A stretch of 59,784 bases of DNA. Origin: Methanobacterium sp. GTDB lineage: Archaea; Methanobacteriota; Methanobacteria; Methanobacteriales; Methanobacteriaceae. The stretch covers positions 1 through 59,784 of the forward strand of contig JAJFTX010000045.1 in the NCBI GenBank assembly GCA_021372715.1, in the 5' to 3' direction. The notes below the pieces were generated by a model that saw only the letters and a program-made list of their open reading frames with translations, was not told where the DNA came from and did no database searches. How positions within the stretch are numbered: the stretch's first letter is position 1; every line of letters begins with the position of its first letter. Shown here one piece after another: positions 21,074 to 32,561 of the stretch. Position numbers and translations under genes: made by a program.

Positions 21074-22084
21074 TTAATTAATGTTTAAAGTCATATCTTT
21101 TTTCAATTTAGTTAAAACTTTTGCTTTATTTTTTATTAAGATATCATCTTCAATTCTAATCCCAAATTTATCTTTTATATAAATACCTGGTTCTACAGTT
21201 ATTACCATGCCCTTCTGTAGTTTAAAGTTACTATTAACTGATAATGTAGGGTTTTCATGTATTTCAATCCCTATACCATGCCCTGTGGAGTGTATAAAAT
21301 TCTTTCCATAACCATATTCGCCTATTACTCCTCGGGCTACTTTATCTACATAGGAAGCTTTTATACCTGGTTTTATAACTTTTATAGCTTCTTTCTGAGA
21401 TTCTAAAACTATGCTTAATATTTCTGATTGTTCTTCATTCTCAATGAATGTCCGAGTTAAATCAGAACAGTAACTATTGTAAACAGCCCCCCAATCTATC
21501 ATTACGGGAGATAAAAGATTATTGGATGATATGGTTGCATGAGGCATGCTTGATCGTGTTCCTGATGCAATTATAGTCTCAAAGGCAGGTTTAATGGATC
21601 CATGGGATTTTAACTGATATTCTAGATTAGCTGCTACTTCATTTTCAATTCCACATATTTCAATGTTTAACAATGATTCTTCAGCAATATCTATGGCTTT
21701 TTGAATATATTTTATTTCATCTGTGGATTTTAACATTCTTTTTGTTTCTATGATATCAGTTAATTTAGTATCATGCTGATTACAAATTTTTTTATAGATT
21801 GAAACTGGTAAAGTCTTTTCGATACCTACTGGTCCTTTTAAATTGTTTATTATATTATCCAGAGATACAAATTCAGTTACCGGAATATGGGATCTATTTG
21901 AAGCATCTTCCATATCCATTTTTGATGTATAAAGCAATGCATCATCATCTATCACAATAACTGACATGCTGGAAGGTGAAAAACCTGATAAATAGGTGAT
22001 GTTTGCAGATTTGAAAATAATTAGAGATTCTATCCCTTCCCCTTGCATGGAATCTATTATGCTATTAATTTCCATATTAACCAT
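21074..22084 (-). CDS. M24 family Xaa-Pro aminopeptidase
   Basis: Creatinase-like N-terminal domain plus a pita-bread domain with metal ligands (DxGAxY..YCSDxTRT, HSTGHGIGIEIHE, ITVEPG). Confidence 0.88.
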   Translation of the reverse strand: MVNMEINSIIDSMQGEGIESLIIFKSANITYLSGFSPSSMSVIVIDDDALLYTSKMDMEDASNRSHIPVTEFVSLDNIINNLKGPVGIEKTLPVSIYKKICNQHDTKLTDIIETKRMLKSTDEIKYIQKAIDIAEESLLNIEICGIENEVAANLEYQLKSHGSIKPAFETIIASGTRSSMPHATISSNNLLSPVMIDWGAVYNSYCSDLTRTFIENEEQSEILSIVLESQKEAIKVIKPGIKASYVDKVARGVIGEYGYGKNFIHSTGHGIGIEIHENPTLSVNSNFKLQKGMVITVEPGIYIKDKFGIRIEDDILIKNKAKVLTKLKKDMTLNIN

Positions 22085-22105
22085 CTAAAATCTATCTTAT
22101 AATAA

Positions 22106-22573
22106 TTATTCCAATAAATTCTTTTTAATTTCTAATTTGATGTTATTCATAACTTCGCTGGAAACTTTACGAGCTATTGGTTGGGGAATGTGGCCAAAAT
22201 CAGGATCATCAAATTTCACTCCGCAAAATAAAACTGTCTCCTGGTAGCGAGGAATAAAATGCCAGTGTATTTCAGGATCAACATCGTCATTATCTTTTCG
22301 GAAAGCTGCGTTTTTAAAACAACTCCAATTAAAAAGGTTGGGTTTAAATGATTTATTAACACTATCCTCCATTTTGCGGACTATCTGTACGAAATCATCC
22401 CACTCCGCATCGTTCACTTCGGACAAATTCGCACGTTTCTTTTTAAGAGCTACTACGCAGGTACCCAGATATCTCTGGCTGGGTGCTAGGAAGATCATCC
22501 AATATGGTGTTTCTTCAATCAATTCACCATAACCTCCAGCTAACTGACAGTATTCGCAATTATCCGTCATCAT
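22106..22573 (-). CDS. HIT (histidine triad) superfamily protein
   Basis: EIHWHFIPRY histidine-triad-like motif. Start moved to the ATG at 22573, which has an AGGA ribosome-binding site upstream. Confidence 0.65.
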   Translation of the reverse strand: MMTDNCEYCQLAGGYGELIEETPYWMIFLAPSQRYLGTCVVALKKKRANLSEVNDAEWDDFVQIVRKMEDSVNKSFKPNLFNWSCFKNAAFRKDNDDVDPEIHWHFIPRYQETVLFCGVKFDDPDFGHIPQPIARKVSSEVMNNIKLEIKKNLLE

Positions 22574-22735
22574 ATACTCAATCCTGATTTTGATGAACAC
22601 ATTTTTACAACTATAAATCTCCTTACCCCTGTAATTATATTTAACTATCTACTGAATGGCATAAAACTAGTTATTTTGGTTATTGAGTAATTGAAAGATA
22701 TTATTTAAAATTTTGATGTAAACCTTTTATAGTTG

Positions 22736-23356
22736 ATGTCACATGTTTATAATAATATGATTAGATTCACCTCTAGAGAAGTCATGGACATAGTAATTTC
22801 CATGTCAGTTATAGCCCTCATATTCGCATATCTATTCAGCGGAAGGAATCTTTCAAGCCCAGAATTCTTTTATTTAATACCGGTGACCTTTATAGCTGTA
22901 GGATTAGGATTTGTTCTCCATGAATTAGCTCATAAGTTCATGGCTATTAGATATGGATTCTATGCTGAGTATAGATTATGGGTAGAAGGTCTTATTCTAG
23001 CAGTGATTACTGCTGCTTTTGGATTTGTATTTGCAGCTCCGGGTGCTGTTTATATCCATGGGGAATATATTTCTAAGGAACAGAATGGGAAAATTTCCCT
23101 GGCCGGTCCGGCGACCAACATCATATTGGCTGGAGTTTTCTTCATGTTAATATATTATTTCCCATCAACACCTTTGGTCGTGGTATTAGGAGTGTTAGGT
23201 TTCACCGTTAACAGTTTTTTAGCACTATTCAATCTTATACCATTCAGTATACTCGATGGTGCAAAGGTTTTCAGATGGAATCCCCTTATATGGGTAGCTG
23301 TAACGGCAGTTGCAGGTTTAATGGTATTTTATTCTTTTACCGGTTTGTATTTTTAA
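22736..23356 (+). CDS. Site-2 protease family (M50) membrane metalloprotease
   Basis: HELAHK zinc motif within a transmembrane segment, and a downstream [10 protein letters not shown] motif. The start is uncertain (22736 or 22757). Confidence 0.82.
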   Translation: MSHVYNNMIRFTSREVMDIVISMSVIALIFAYLFSGRNLSSPEFFYLIPVTFIAVGLGFVLHELAHKFMAIRYGFYAEYRLWVEGLILAVITAAFGFVFAAPGAVYIHGEYISKEQNGKISLAGPATNIILAGVFFMLIYYFPSTPLVVVLGVLGFTVNSFLALFNLIPFSILDGAKVFRWNPLIWVAVTAVAGLMVFYSFTGLYF

Positions 23357-23446
23357 ATAAGAATTAGTTTATTTATTTGAATGAACATAAGAATTACAAA
23401 TTCCTTAATATTAATATTGTAAATATAAAACAGATCCGTGTTGCAA

Positions 23447-24640
23447 ATGTTTCAAAAAGTCCCTGTTAAATACTTCGGATGCACCCATCGAGCCATCCCT
23501 CCCCAACGCACCATAGAAAACGTGGAAGGAAAACTAAAAAATGCCGGAGTAACTAGGATAGCAGAAATAACCCACCTCGATCGTCTGGGCATACCTGTAT
23601 ATTCTGCAATCAGACCCGGAGCTGCTGAGGGAGCAGTAAGTATTTATGCTGGTAAAGGAGCTACAAAAAGTCAAGCTAAAGCTTCAGCAATGATGGAAGC
23701 ATTTGAAAGATATTCTGCTGAAATGAACAAATCAGACACTTCTCAATTCCAGCAGGGTTTATATGATGAAATGGAGAATGCTGTTAACCCGGAAACACTT
23801 ATTCTACCTCCGCTGTCATTTGAAGCGGAAAAAACTTCCCTGGACTGGATTAAAGTGGTGGAAATAACTGATGAAAAGGATTACATGGCCCCGGCCAATG
23901 CTATTTACCACCCTTACATTTCTTATAAAGGATCTGTACTCTTCAAATCCAATACGAATGGTTTAGCATCAGGAAATCGTATAGAAGAGGCAGTTTATCA
24001 TGGAATCACTGAAGTTGTTGAAAGGGATGCTTGGAGCATATTTGAAGCAAAAAAGGAACCTAAAAATGAAATAGACTGTGAAGAGATTGACAATCCTCTG
24101 ATTAAGGATATGCTTGATAAATTTACCAAAGCAGGAATAACAATTAAATTACTGGACTTAACAGCCGATATTCACATAACCACAATGGCTGCAGTATCCG
24201 ATGATACCATACTTAAAGATCCGGCTTTATTATCCTTGGGTGTGGGAACACATCTTAATCCAGAAGTAGCTGTAATCAGGGCTCTTACAGAGGTTGCCCA
24301 GAGCAGAGCCACCCAAATCCATGGTACAAGAGAAGATACAACTCGTGCTATTTTTATGAGAAAAGCAGGATATGAACGTATGAAAAGAATTAACAGGCAT
24401 TGGTTTAGTGATTCCCATAAGGTCATTGATCTTTCCCAAATAAAGGATAAATCAATGTCCACGTTCAAGGAAGATATTGAAACTTGTGTAAAGATTCTTG
24501 GTAAAAATGGTTTTAAAAGAATATATTATAGGGATTTAACGCGTGATGAAGTTAATATACCTGTAGTGAGGGTTTTAATCCCTGAAATGGAAGTATACTC
24601 AGTAGATACGGAGAGAAGAGGAAAAAGATTAATTAAATGA
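23447..24640 (+). CDS. ycaO: YcaO-type protein (methanogen McrA-glycine thioamidation type)
   Basis: About 397 aa. YcaO ATP-binding core ([43 protein letters not shown]). No tfuA gene is adjacent. Confidence 0.82.
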   Translation: MFQKVPVKYFGCTHRAIPPQRTIENVEGKLKNAGVTRIAEITHLDRLGIPVYSAIRPGAAEGAVSIYAGKGATKSQAKASAMMEAFERYSAEMNKSDTSQFQQGLYDEMENAVNPETLILPPLSFEAEKTSLDWIKVVEITDEKDYMAPANAIYHPYISYKGSVLFKSNTNGLASGNRIEEAVYHGITEVVERDAWSIFEAKKEPKNEIDCEEIDNPLIKDMLDKFTKAGITIKLLDLTADIHITTMAAVSDDTILKDPALLSLGVGTHLNPEVAVIRALTEVAQSRATQIHGTREDTTRAIFMRKAGYERMKRINRHWFSDSHKVIDLSQIKDKSMSTFKEDIETCVKILGKNGFKRIYYRDLTRDEVNIPVVRVLIPEMEVYSVDTERRGKRLIK

Positions 24641-24697
24641 ATAATTTCTACTAATTTTAATAATGAAATTGGATTTTATAAATCATGGGTGTTTTAA

Positions 24698-25039
24698 ATG
24701 AAACAGGTAATTATTATGAGAGGGGACCTACCCATAAGCAGGGGTAAAATAGCTGCACAGGCCTGTCATGCCAGTTTAGGATCCTATAAAAAAGCAGATA
24801 AAAGGATCATACAAAAATGGGAGAAGGAAGGCGGTAAAAAGGTAGTAGTTAAGGTAGAGGATTTAGAAGAATTATACGAATATTATGAGATTGTTAAAGC
24901 AACTGATATGCCTTATTTTTTAGTAAGAGATGCAGGACACACCGAATTACCCCAATCTACCATAACCTGTTTGGGAATAGGGCCCGAAGAAGATGTAAAA
25001 ATTGACAAGATCACCAAGGATCTGAAGTTACTGAAATGA
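24698..25039 (+). CDS. pth2: Peptidyl-tRNA hydrolase, archaeal Pth2 type
   Basis: 113 aa. [10 protein letters not shown]...[11 protein letters not shown]...VRDAGHTE...T.LGIGP is the PTH2 signature. Confidence 0.92.
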   Translation: MKQVIIMRGDLPISRGKIAAQACHASLGSYKKADKRIIQKWEKEGGKKVVVKVEDLEELYEYYEIVKATDMPYFLVRDAGHTELPQSTITCLGIGPEEDVKIDKITKDLKLLK

Positions 25040-25065
25040 ATCTTTGAACTTATAATGTGACTATT

Positions 25066-25719
25066 ATGAATTGGGTAGTTAAGGTGGGAGGAAGTCTTTT
25101 CCCTGATCATGCAGTTAACCTATGTAAGATACTGGTAGGAAAGAAGGTTATGATCATCTGTGGGGGTGGTGCATGGGCCAATCTTATTAGAAAATATGAT
25201 AAAAATATGAATTTTTCAGGTACAGCTACTCATAAAAGCGCCATACTCTGCATGGATATACTGGGAATTCTTTTAGCGGATAAATTACCCTTTACAAAAG
25301 AAGTTTATTCCTTTGAAGATGCGGAAAGGGTTATGGATGCGGGTAAACTGCCTATTTTGATACCTTCCCGTCTTTTAGATGATCTGGATCCATTAGAACA
25401 TTCCTGGAAGGTTACCTCAGATTCCATATCCCTTTATATAGCACATCAACTAAAGGCTAAACTATTAATAGCAACTGATGTAGATGGTATATACGATCAT
25501 CAACCATCTCAAGATGGTGCACAACTAATTAAAAATATAAGTGCAAAAAAACTACTAAATTTTGGTGAAACATCAGTTGATGAATTTTTAGCAAAGCTTT
25601 TACTTCAATATGAATCCGATTGCTATGTAATTAATGGAAAATATCCTGAAAGGGTTCTGTCTATTATTGAAGAAAAAAATGATGAAGATAATAAATACAC
25701 ACTTATTGGAGGAACTTAG
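25066..25719 (+). CDS. mfnE: Amino-acid-kinase fold protein, probably [5-(aminomethyl)furan-3-yl]methyl phosphate kinase of methanofuran biosynthesis
   Basis: VVKVGGSL N-terminus and a TDVDGIY motif. Conserved position just upstream of the aEF-1beta gene, as in Methanocaldococcus (MJ0458/MJ0459). The functional assignment is by analogy. Confidence 0.55.
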   Translation: MNWVVKVGGSLFPDHAVNLCKILVGKKVMIICGGGAWANLIRKYDKNMNFSGTATHKSAILCMDILGILLADKLPFTKEVYSFEDAERVMDAGKLPILIPSRLLDDLDPLEHSWKVTSDSISLYIAHQLKAKLLIATDVDGIYDHQPSQDGAQLIKNISAKKLLNFGETSVDEFLAKLLLQYESDCYVINGKYPERVLSIIEEKNDEDNKYTLIGGT

Positions 25720-25881
<162 letters not shown>

Positions 25882-25942
25882 GTTATAATTTGTATTATAA
25901 ATAATTTATTTAAATTAACAATATTATTCTGGAGGTTTAAGT

Positions 25943-26212
25943 ATGGGAGAAGTTGTAGCAACTATAAAAGTCATGCCAGAAAGTCCTGATATTGATTTAG
26001 AAAAGACAAAAGAGGATATCATCAAATCAATACCAGAAGGAACAGAATTCCATAAAATAGAGGAAGAACCAATAGCATTTGGTCTGGTCGCCCTTAAAGT
26101 TATGGTGGTTGTGGATGATGGTGAAGGAGGGACCGAAAAAGTGGAAGAAGTTCTCTCCGAAATAGAAAACATAAGCAGTGTAGAAGTGGAAGATGTCAGA
26201 AGGCTTATGTAA
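25943..26212 (+). CDS. ef1b: Translation elongation factor aEF-1 beta
   Basis: 89 aa. MGEVVATIKVMPESPDIDLE...EPIAFGLVALKV is the canonical aEF-1beta sequence. Confidence 0.93.
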   Translation: MGEVVATIKVMPESPDIDLEKTKEDIIKSIPEGTEFHKIEEEPIAFGLVALKVMVVVDDGEGGTEKVEEVLSEIENISSVEVEDVRRLM

Positions 26213-26259
26213 TTTTTTTTAAGTACTATTTTTTTTAACTTCTTTTCATTATTTTTTTT
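26213..26259 (+). terminator. Oligo-T archaeal terminator after ef1b
   Basis: Three T8 runs (26213-26220, 26229-26236, 26252-26259) within 50 nt of the stop codon. Confidence 0.5.
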
Positions 26260-26363
26260 AACATTATTTAATAAGTTATTTATCCTAAAGATAAAGAATA
26301 ATATATAATTAAATCAATATATTGACTATCTAGATTGATAAAATAGGGTAATATCGTGATAGG

Positions 26364-26972
26364 ATGGATATAATAAACTTCAACATTATCCTGGACCTGA
26401 TAGAGAAAGCGTGCGTGATCTTTGTCATAGCATACTTGGTGACGAACCTGAAAAGTTTCCGTGAAGTACTAGATGGTAAGCTAACCATAAAAAATCAGCT
26501 GATTCTTATTATTATATTTGGAGCAATTGCCATCTTCGCCACTTATAGTGGATTTCAAGTGGCTGGAGCCATAGCCAATGTACGGGATCTGGCTCCGATG
26601 ATAGCAGGATTAGTTGGGGGTCCAATCGTTGGATTGGGAGCTGGTTTAATTGGTGGATTGCATCGTTTAACTATTGGGGGTATCACAGCTATTCCATGTG
26701 CCATATCCACCATGTTAGCAGGTCTTATAGCTGGTCTGATCTGGCTTATAAATGGTAAACGTTTCATTGGGATCTGGTGGGCAGTTTTATTTGCCATTTT
26801 AATGGAAACGCTGCATATGATACTTATTCTGTTATTAGCGACTCCTTATTCTCAGGCGTTGACAGTTGTAAGTAATATTTACCTCCCTATGCTGGTTGCC
26901 AATGGGTTGGGAATGTTAATATTCGCGTTTATGATTACTATTATCATAAAAAATAGGAAAGAAGATAAATAA
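26364..26972 (+). CDS. Stand-alone 5TM LytS/YhcK-type receptor domain membrane protein
   Basis: 202 aa. Gly-rich transmembrane helices with RDLAPMIAGLVGGPIVGLGAGLIGGLHR, as in the 5TMR-LYT sensor module. No kinase domain is attached. Confidence 0.65.
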   Translation: MDIINFNIILDLIEKACVIFVIAYLVTNLKSFREVLDGKLTIKNQLILIIIFGAIAIFATYSGFQVAGAIANVRDLAPMIAGLVGGPIVGLGAGLIGGLHRLTIGGITAIPCAISTMLAGLIAGLIWLINGKRFIGIWWAVLFAILMETLHMILILLLATPYSQALTVVSNIYLPMLVANGLGMLIFAFMITIIIKNRKEDK

Positions 26973-27052
26973 ACCCATATAAACTATTTTATAAGTTTTT
27001 TAACTATCTTTTTTTTAAATTATTCTAATTAATTTCTTAAAAAAAAAATAAT

Positions 27053-27061
27053 AGTAATACT
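27053..27061. promoter_or_regulatory. AGTAWTACT palindrome copy 1 (core of the perfect 15-bp palindrome AATAGTAATACTATT, 27050-27064)
   Basis: Abuts the TTTATATT TATA-like box about 45 nt upstream of the TctA-like gene. Confidence 0.4.
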
Positions 27062-27112
27062 ATTTATATTATTAATAATAAAATATAATTCACCATCTTG
27101 GGGGTGATTTAT

Positions 27113-28360
27113 ATGTTCGAACTAATATTTGCCTGCATAATCGGTGTTTTATGCGGCGTAGTAACGGGATTAATCCCTGGAATACATGTCAATACGGTGG
27201 GTGCTTTTGTTTTTGCATCTTCAACTACTATTTTAGCATTTCTATCCCCTGAGTTTTTGGCTGTTTTTTTAATGTCCATGTCTATTTCCCATGCTCTACT
27301 GGAATTCATACCATCTATGTTCTTGGGAGTGCCAGAGGAAGGAACGGTTATGTCAGTTTTGCCAGGTCATCATCTTCTGCTTCAGGGAAGGGGTAAGGAA
27401 GCCATAAGATTGGTAGCTTTAGGAGGATTCGGGGCAATATTAGTAACTATCATCTTTTTCCCGCTTTTTGCACTGATTTTACCTGCATTATACGGTTTTT
27501 TGAAACCATTTATCTGGATTTTGCTGATTTTAGTGGTAATCTACATGTTCATCAGACTTAATAGAGATTTGCAATCAATAGCCTGGTCAGTGGTAATATT
27601 CTTATTCTCAGGGATAATGGGCTGGGTTATGCTTAATTCTCCTGTTTCATCAGGAGTTTCCCTATTATGTATGTTCACTGGTCTTTTTGGTGTGAGCACC
27701 CTGATCTTCAGCCTGTCCCAGAGTTCACTGATACCGGCCCAGAACCAGGATCACAGTCTGCATATTAACAGTAACATTTTAAGGGGAATTTTCGCGGGAG
27801 GAATAGCTGGAAGCATACTAGGGTTTCTACCGGGTATGGGACCAGCCCAGGGAAGTCTATTAGCTCAAGAAATAAGTGGTGGGGGAGACAAAGGAGATAA
27901 TAAAGATGGATTTCTGGTAGCTATGAGTGGAGTTAATGTTTCTGATGCATTATTTTCACTTATAGCCATCTTTTTAATAGGTAATCCACGAAGTGGGATA
28001 GCGGTTTATATAGATAAAATAGTAGAATTATTTGATTTTGAACATCTTATTTTATATATATTCGTTTCAATCACAGCTATATCCCTTTCATTAATTTTAT
28101 GCTTGAAATTAGGTGACTTGATGAGTGAATACATACAAAAATTGAATTATAATAGGTTATCATGGTTAGTAATAGGCTTCATGAGTTTTTTAGTTTTATT
28201 ATTCACTTTAATGGAACATGCCAATATATTATTTATTTTAATAGTGTATGTTACCTCTATAGCTTTAGGACTTCTTCCTCATTATCTTGGTTTGAACAAA
28301 TCCAATCTTATGGGAGTGCTTATTGTACCTGCCATTGTTATATATATGGGAATAACTTAA
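27113..28360 (+). CDS. TctA-family (DUF112) membrane transporter-like protein
   Basis: About 415 aa, polytopic, with GLIPGIH.NTV and [12 protein letters not shown] motifs typical of TctA-like permeases. ATG at 27113 follows a GGTGAT ribosome-binding site. Confidence 0.6.
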   Translation: MFELIFACIIGVLCGVVTGLIPGIHVNTVGAFVFASSTTILAFLSPEFLAVFLMSMSISHALLEFIPSMFLGVPEEGTVMSVLPGHHLLLQGRGKEAIRLVALGGFGAILVTIIFFPLFALILPALYGFLKPFIWILLILVVIYMFIRLNRDLQSIAWSVVIFLFSGIMGWVMLNSPVSSGVSLLCMFTGLFGVSTLIFSLSQSSLIPAQNQDHSLHINSNILRGIFAGGIAGSILGFLPGMGPAQGSLLAQEISGGGDKGDNKDGFLVAMSGVNVSDALFSLIAIFLIGNPRSGIAVYIDKIVELFDFEHLILYIFVSITAISLSLILCLKLGDLMSEYIQKLNYNRLSWLVIGFMSFLVLLFTLMEHANILFILIVYVTSIALGLLPHYLGLNKSNLMGVLIVPAIVIYMGIT

Positions 28361-28401
28361 TAAGCTCTTTAATCTTTAAATGGTAAATAATCATTTATTT
28401 A

Positions 28402-29382
28402 TTAAATTATAACCACTTCTAGGCATAGACTTTCCACGGCTTCTATAAAGCTAGTGGAATCAACACCAGGAAACACATCTATCAGACAAATATCAAATGA
28501 ATCATCTAAAACCTTAATTAGATCCTTAATATCCATGCAATAAACCTCGAAATTATCGCCAGTGGCAATTAAACCCTTTTTCGTGCCTAAATATTCTGTG
28601 GGGAAATCATTGATCTCCAGGTTCATAGCAGTGGTATAGGATGCTGGATACCAAACATCATTAAATACAACCCGGTTGGCACCAGCTAATAAAGCCGCTA
28701 TACCTAATGTACCAGGACCACATGTACAATCAAGGACTTTTGGATTATCATATTTATCTAAAACCTTTTTTAAATGTATAATTTTTGGGGATAATGGTTT
28801 GGGAAGCTCTATGTGCATCTGACCTTGATATTTATATATAAATATAATTCCCCAGGGGGTGTTAATTATATCACATCTTAGATCACAACCCCCCAGAAGG
28901 TCATATGTATATGGCGTGCTATTTGAGTCTTTAATTCCTACGGTATTCTTTAAATCTCCTTTTAATACTCCTTTTACTTCTGGTACTTCATTTATAATTT
29001 TTTCAGCACATTTTTTATCCATTTCTTTAGAGAGAATTACCAGGGAGTTCTCCGACAGATATGGTACCTCATCAAGGGGATATGCGGGTGTTATAAGTGG
29101 TACACCTACATCTCTCAAGGTAGATTCTTCAGTTTTAATACCCTCAACAATCATAATTTTTAGTATATGGGCCATAACCACATCTAAATGACGTTTACCA
29201 CAATTACATTTACCAAAATTAGCATCTAATTGTTTTAATTCAATTTGAATTTTTAATGGTGAATATTTCTTAAATTTATACTCTTTACAATTATCACAGG
29301 GTTTAAAATGACTTTTAAAACTTTCAGAAATGATATTGGTTGATTTAATACAGTCATCACCACATTTACAAATTAGCTCCAT
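28402..29382 (-). CDS. Class I SAM-dependent methyltransferase with N-terminal Cys-rich (zinc-ribbon-like) region
   Basis: C-terminal VLDCTCGPGTLGIAALLAGANRVVFNDV is SAM-binding motif I. The N-terminus has CKCGDDC...CDNC...CNCG clusters. Confidence 0.6.
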   Translation of the reverse strand: MELICKCGDDCIKSTNIISESFKSHFKPCDNCKEYKFKKYSPLKIQIELKQLDANFGKCNCGKRHLDVVMAHILKIMIVEGIKTEESTLRDVGVPLITPAYPLDEVPYLSENSLVILSKEMDKKCAEKIINEVPEVKGVLKGDLKNTVGIKDSNSTPYTYDLLGGCDLRCDIINTPWGIIFIYKYQGQMHIELPKPLSPKIIHLKKVLDKYDNPKVLDCTCGPGTLGIAALLAGANRVVFNDVWYPASYTTAMNLEINDFPTEYLGTKKGLIATGDNFEVYCMDIKDLIKVLDDSFDICLIDVFPGVDSTSFIEAVESLCLEVVII

Positions 29383-29591
29383 ATAATTAGTACAATATAT
29401 TAAGAATCAAATATTTTTCCATAGGGTTAAGGATATTGAGGATGTCTTATGAAATTAGACTAAAAGAGCTATAAATTAGTTAAAATATAAAAATTTTTTA
29501 TAAAATACTAGAAATTAATTTATACCAAGAGATAATATATTAGTAAGTTTATGCTTAAATAGTTGGTTTCCTATATTAATAAGTGAGAATT

Positions 29592-31205
29592 ATGAGAGAT
29601 AAAAGAAAAGAAATTATCCGGGATCTTCTAGGGGATTTTGCAGAAGAAGAAGATGAAGAAGAAGAAGATGAAATAGAACGTCAATTAAGAACCCCAAAAA
29701 AAGAGAAAAAGCCGGATGTTGAAGAAGATTTATTTAATTTAGATAAAATTATACAGAAGCCTTCTAAAAAGAAGTCAACTAAAAAGATAAAGAAAGTCTC
29801 CGATGTAATGAAGGCGGAGATAATAGAGGAAGGCCTGGTACCTAATTATAATGTAACTATTCCCAGTTTTTCACATAAGGAAAGAATGCTTTTTAATGAA
29901 ATAAGGGAAAAACTGGTGGAAGTAGCAGTTACCCAGGATGATTTTAAAGTAGATGAAGAATCCTTTATGGGAGAAGTTAAACAATTCCTGCGCGCCAGGG
30001 GTGTCAGGGATGTAGATCGCTTGTCCGCCCAGATTTCCCAGGAGATGCTGGGATATGGTAAACTAGACCACATGATCAAGGATGATGATCTAGAAGAGGT
30101 CATGGTAATAGGAACCAACAAGAAAGTCTTTGTATACCATCGTAAAATAGGAATGATGGTTACAAATGTTACTTTTGAAGATGAGGCCGAGATAAAAGCC
30201 ATTATAGATGTTATAGCCAGACAGGTGAACCGTAGAATAGACCAGCAGACTCCGATTCTAGATGCCAGATTGAAAGACGGTTCCAGGGTCAATGCAACCA
30301 TACCCCCGGTTTCAGCTGATGGACCCACTCTCACCATACGTAAATTTAAAAAGGATCCCCTGACTGTTGTTGATTTAATTAACTTCAAGACCATATCTGC
30401 CCATCTAGCAGGATTTTTATGGGTATGCACAGATGGATTGGGAGTTAAACCCTGCAATGCCATAATAGCCGGAGGAACCGGTTCGGGTAAAACAACCACT
30501 CTTAACACCGTAGCGGCTTTTGTACCGCCCCGGGAGAGGATAATTACCATTGAAGATACTCTAGAATTGCAACTACCTCACTCTCATGTGGTAAGGATGG
30601 AAACCCGACCGCCGAACATCGAAGGTAAAGGTGAATTAACCATGGATACTCTTGTGAAAAATTCTTTACGTCAGAGGCCGGATCGGGTAATTGTAGGTGA
30701 AGTCAGGGGAGAGGAAGCTATCACCTTATTTACAGCGCTTAATACAGGACACTCCGGTATGGGAACCCTCCACTCAAACAACGCACGTGAAACAATAACC
30801 CGTCTAGTAAATAAGCCGATGAGTGTTCCAAATATCATGATACCTGCATTGGATTTCATAATAATGCAACAGAGGATGTACAGACCAGAAGGAGGATCTC
30901 TACGAAGAATCACCGAGGTGGCAGAAGTAGTTGGTATGGAAGAAGGTAACGTTCAGCTTAACAGAATCTTCGAGTGGAACAACGTTAATGATAAAGTAGA
31001 ATACGTGGGAATAGCCAGTCAAACCTTAAGAGATATAAGTGAACTTCGTGGTATGGGAATTACCGAGATTGAGGAAGAAATAGAAAAAAGACGATTAGTT
31101 CTGGAGTACTTGGCAGATAACAACATCCGTTCCATCACAGAAGTGGGACAGAGTATCAACAACTATTACCGGGATCCAGAAGGGATGCTGGATGAAGTAT
31201 TATAA
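29592..31205 (+). CDS. Type II/IV secretion system ATPase (archaeal pilus assembly ATPase, CpaF/FlaI-like)
   Basis: Walker [10 protein letters not shown], Asp box, Walker B ([12 protein letters not shown]) and His box ([10 protein letters not shown]). Acidic/basic low-complexity N-terminal extension. Confidence 0.88.
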   Translation: MRDKRKEIIRDLLGDFAEEEDEEEEDEIERQLRTPKKEKKPDVEEDLFNLDKIIQKPSKKKSTKKIKKVSDVMKAEIIEEGLVPNYNVTIPSFSHKERMLFNEIREKLVEVAVTQDDFKVDEESFMGEVKQFLRARGVRDVDRLSAQISQEMLGYGKLDHMIKDDDLEEVMVIGTNKKVFVYHRKIGMMVTNVTFEDEAEIKAIIDVIARQVNRRIDQQTPILDARLKDGSRVNATIPPVSADGPTLTIRKFKKDPLTVVDLINFKTISAHLAGFLWVCTDGLGVKPCNAIIAGGTGSGKTTTLNTVAAFVPPRERIITIEDTLELQLPHSHVVRMETRPPNIEGKGELTMDTLVKNSLRQRPDRVIVGEVRGEEAITLFTALNTGHSGMGTLHSNNARETITRLVNKPMSVPNIMIPALDFIIMQQRMYRPEGGSLRRITEVAEVVGMEEGNVQLNRIFEWNNVNDKVEYVGIASQTLRDISELRGMGITEIEEEIEKRRLVLEYLADNNIRSITEVGQSINNYYRDPEGMLDEVL

Positions 31206-31259
31206 ATGTATATTAATAGATCCTGAATTTAGAAAATTTTACTTAAACGGTGAGAAATA

Positions 31260-32417
31260 ATGGCTCCATTTGATGGTATTAAGAAATTTTTCAATAGAAT
31301 TGGTAATTTCACAGTAAATTCTAGTCAAAAAGTTGGAGAAGGAGTACAGGCCCCGGTGAAAAGAATAACTAGTATACGGCCTCCTGAAAGACGTTTAAGA
31401 GAGAAAAGAAAACAGCGTACTGATGAAGAAGGAGAGAAAGATAAAAAATCAGATACCAAACCCTTGTTTGATGCACAATCAAAAGGGCTATTTAGAGACA
31501 GAGAGAAAAAATCATCCTTTAAAACAACCAGAACTCCACGTACTATTAAAAGAAAAAGAATGGACAAAGAAGAAATCGAGATGTTCAAAGATTTAATTGA
31601 TAAACAACATGAAGAACCCGAGAAACCCGTAGAAGACAAGAAAAAGCAGGATGCTCTCAGAAAAGCGTCATTAGAAGAGATACTTAAAGAAGAACAGAAA
31701 GAAACCCTGGATCCTCGTATAATAATTATCTTAGGTGGAGTTTCATTTGCATTAGTGGTCATCGTTTTAGTGATTCTTGGTTTTGGTATAGAAATTGGCT
31801 TGGTATTCGGGATCATCATAATGATGATGGCACTATTCATTGTTTTCCTCCCCCGTATGCGGAAAGGAAGGAAATCATCTGACGCTGCCCGGGAATTACC
31901 CTTTGCTCTAAGACAGATGGCTACAGAATTAAGGGCTGGAATCGGATTACATGATAGTATGCGTTCAATTGCCATATCTGGTTATGGACCTCTATCCGAA
32001 GAGTTCTCCCGTGCTCTGGAAGAGATAAGATACGGGGAAACCACCGAAAAAGCTCTGCTGGATATGAGCGAAAGAATTAACTCCCCTGGACTGGAAAGAG
32101 CTGTTTATCAAATAACCAGAACACTCTCCAGTGGTGGGGATTTAGCAAAGACCCTGGGTGTTATAGCTGATGACACCGCCTATGAACTCCGGATGAAACT
32201 AAAAGATTACTCACAAAAACTAAACTCCTTCACTATGATCTATATGTTCGTAGCTATACTGGGTCCAGTGATAGCTATGATCATGCTGATAGCAGCATCT
32301 ACGGTTATGGGCGCTCTATTACCACCAATACTCTTAATTATATTGTATTTATTCTTCTTCCCTGCTATAGTGGCGTTTATGGCCTTCATGATAAAGAGGT
32401 TGGAGCCGCAAGTTTAA
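31260..32417 (+). CDS. Type II secretion system F family (TadC-like) pilus platform protein with a long Lys/Glu-rich N-terminal extension
   Basis: C-terminal ~230 aa has a T2SSF domain between transmembrane segments. The first ~150 aa are highly charged. Follows the ATPase gene. Confidence 0.75.
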   Translation: MAPFDGIKKFFNRIGNFTVNSSQKVGEGVQAPVKRITSIRPPERRLREKRKQRTDEEGEKDKKSDTKPLFDAQSKGLFRDREKKSSFKTTRTPRTIKRKRMDKEEIEMFKDLIDKQHEEPEKPVEDKKKQDALRKASLEEILKEEQKETLDPRIIIILGGVSFALVVIVLVILGFGIEIGLVFGIIIMMMALFIVFLPRMRKGRKSSDAARELPFALRQMATELRAGIGLHDSMRSIAISGYGPLSEEFSRALEEIRYGETTEKALLDMSERINSPGLERAVYQITRTLSSGGDLAKTLGVIADDTAYELRMKLKDYSQKLNSFTMIYMFVAILGPVIAMIMLIAASTVMGALLPPILLIILYLFFFPAIVAFMAFMIKRLEPQV

Positions 32418-32561
32418 TATTTTATTAAATATTTAATTTTATTCTGGACTAAAAATATCCCATTTTTCAAAGATTACACTGAACATGAGGAGTAATAATG
32501 CATAAAAAAATTTTATTGACATTAAAAAAAATATTAGTTATTTTTAGATAATAAACTACCT

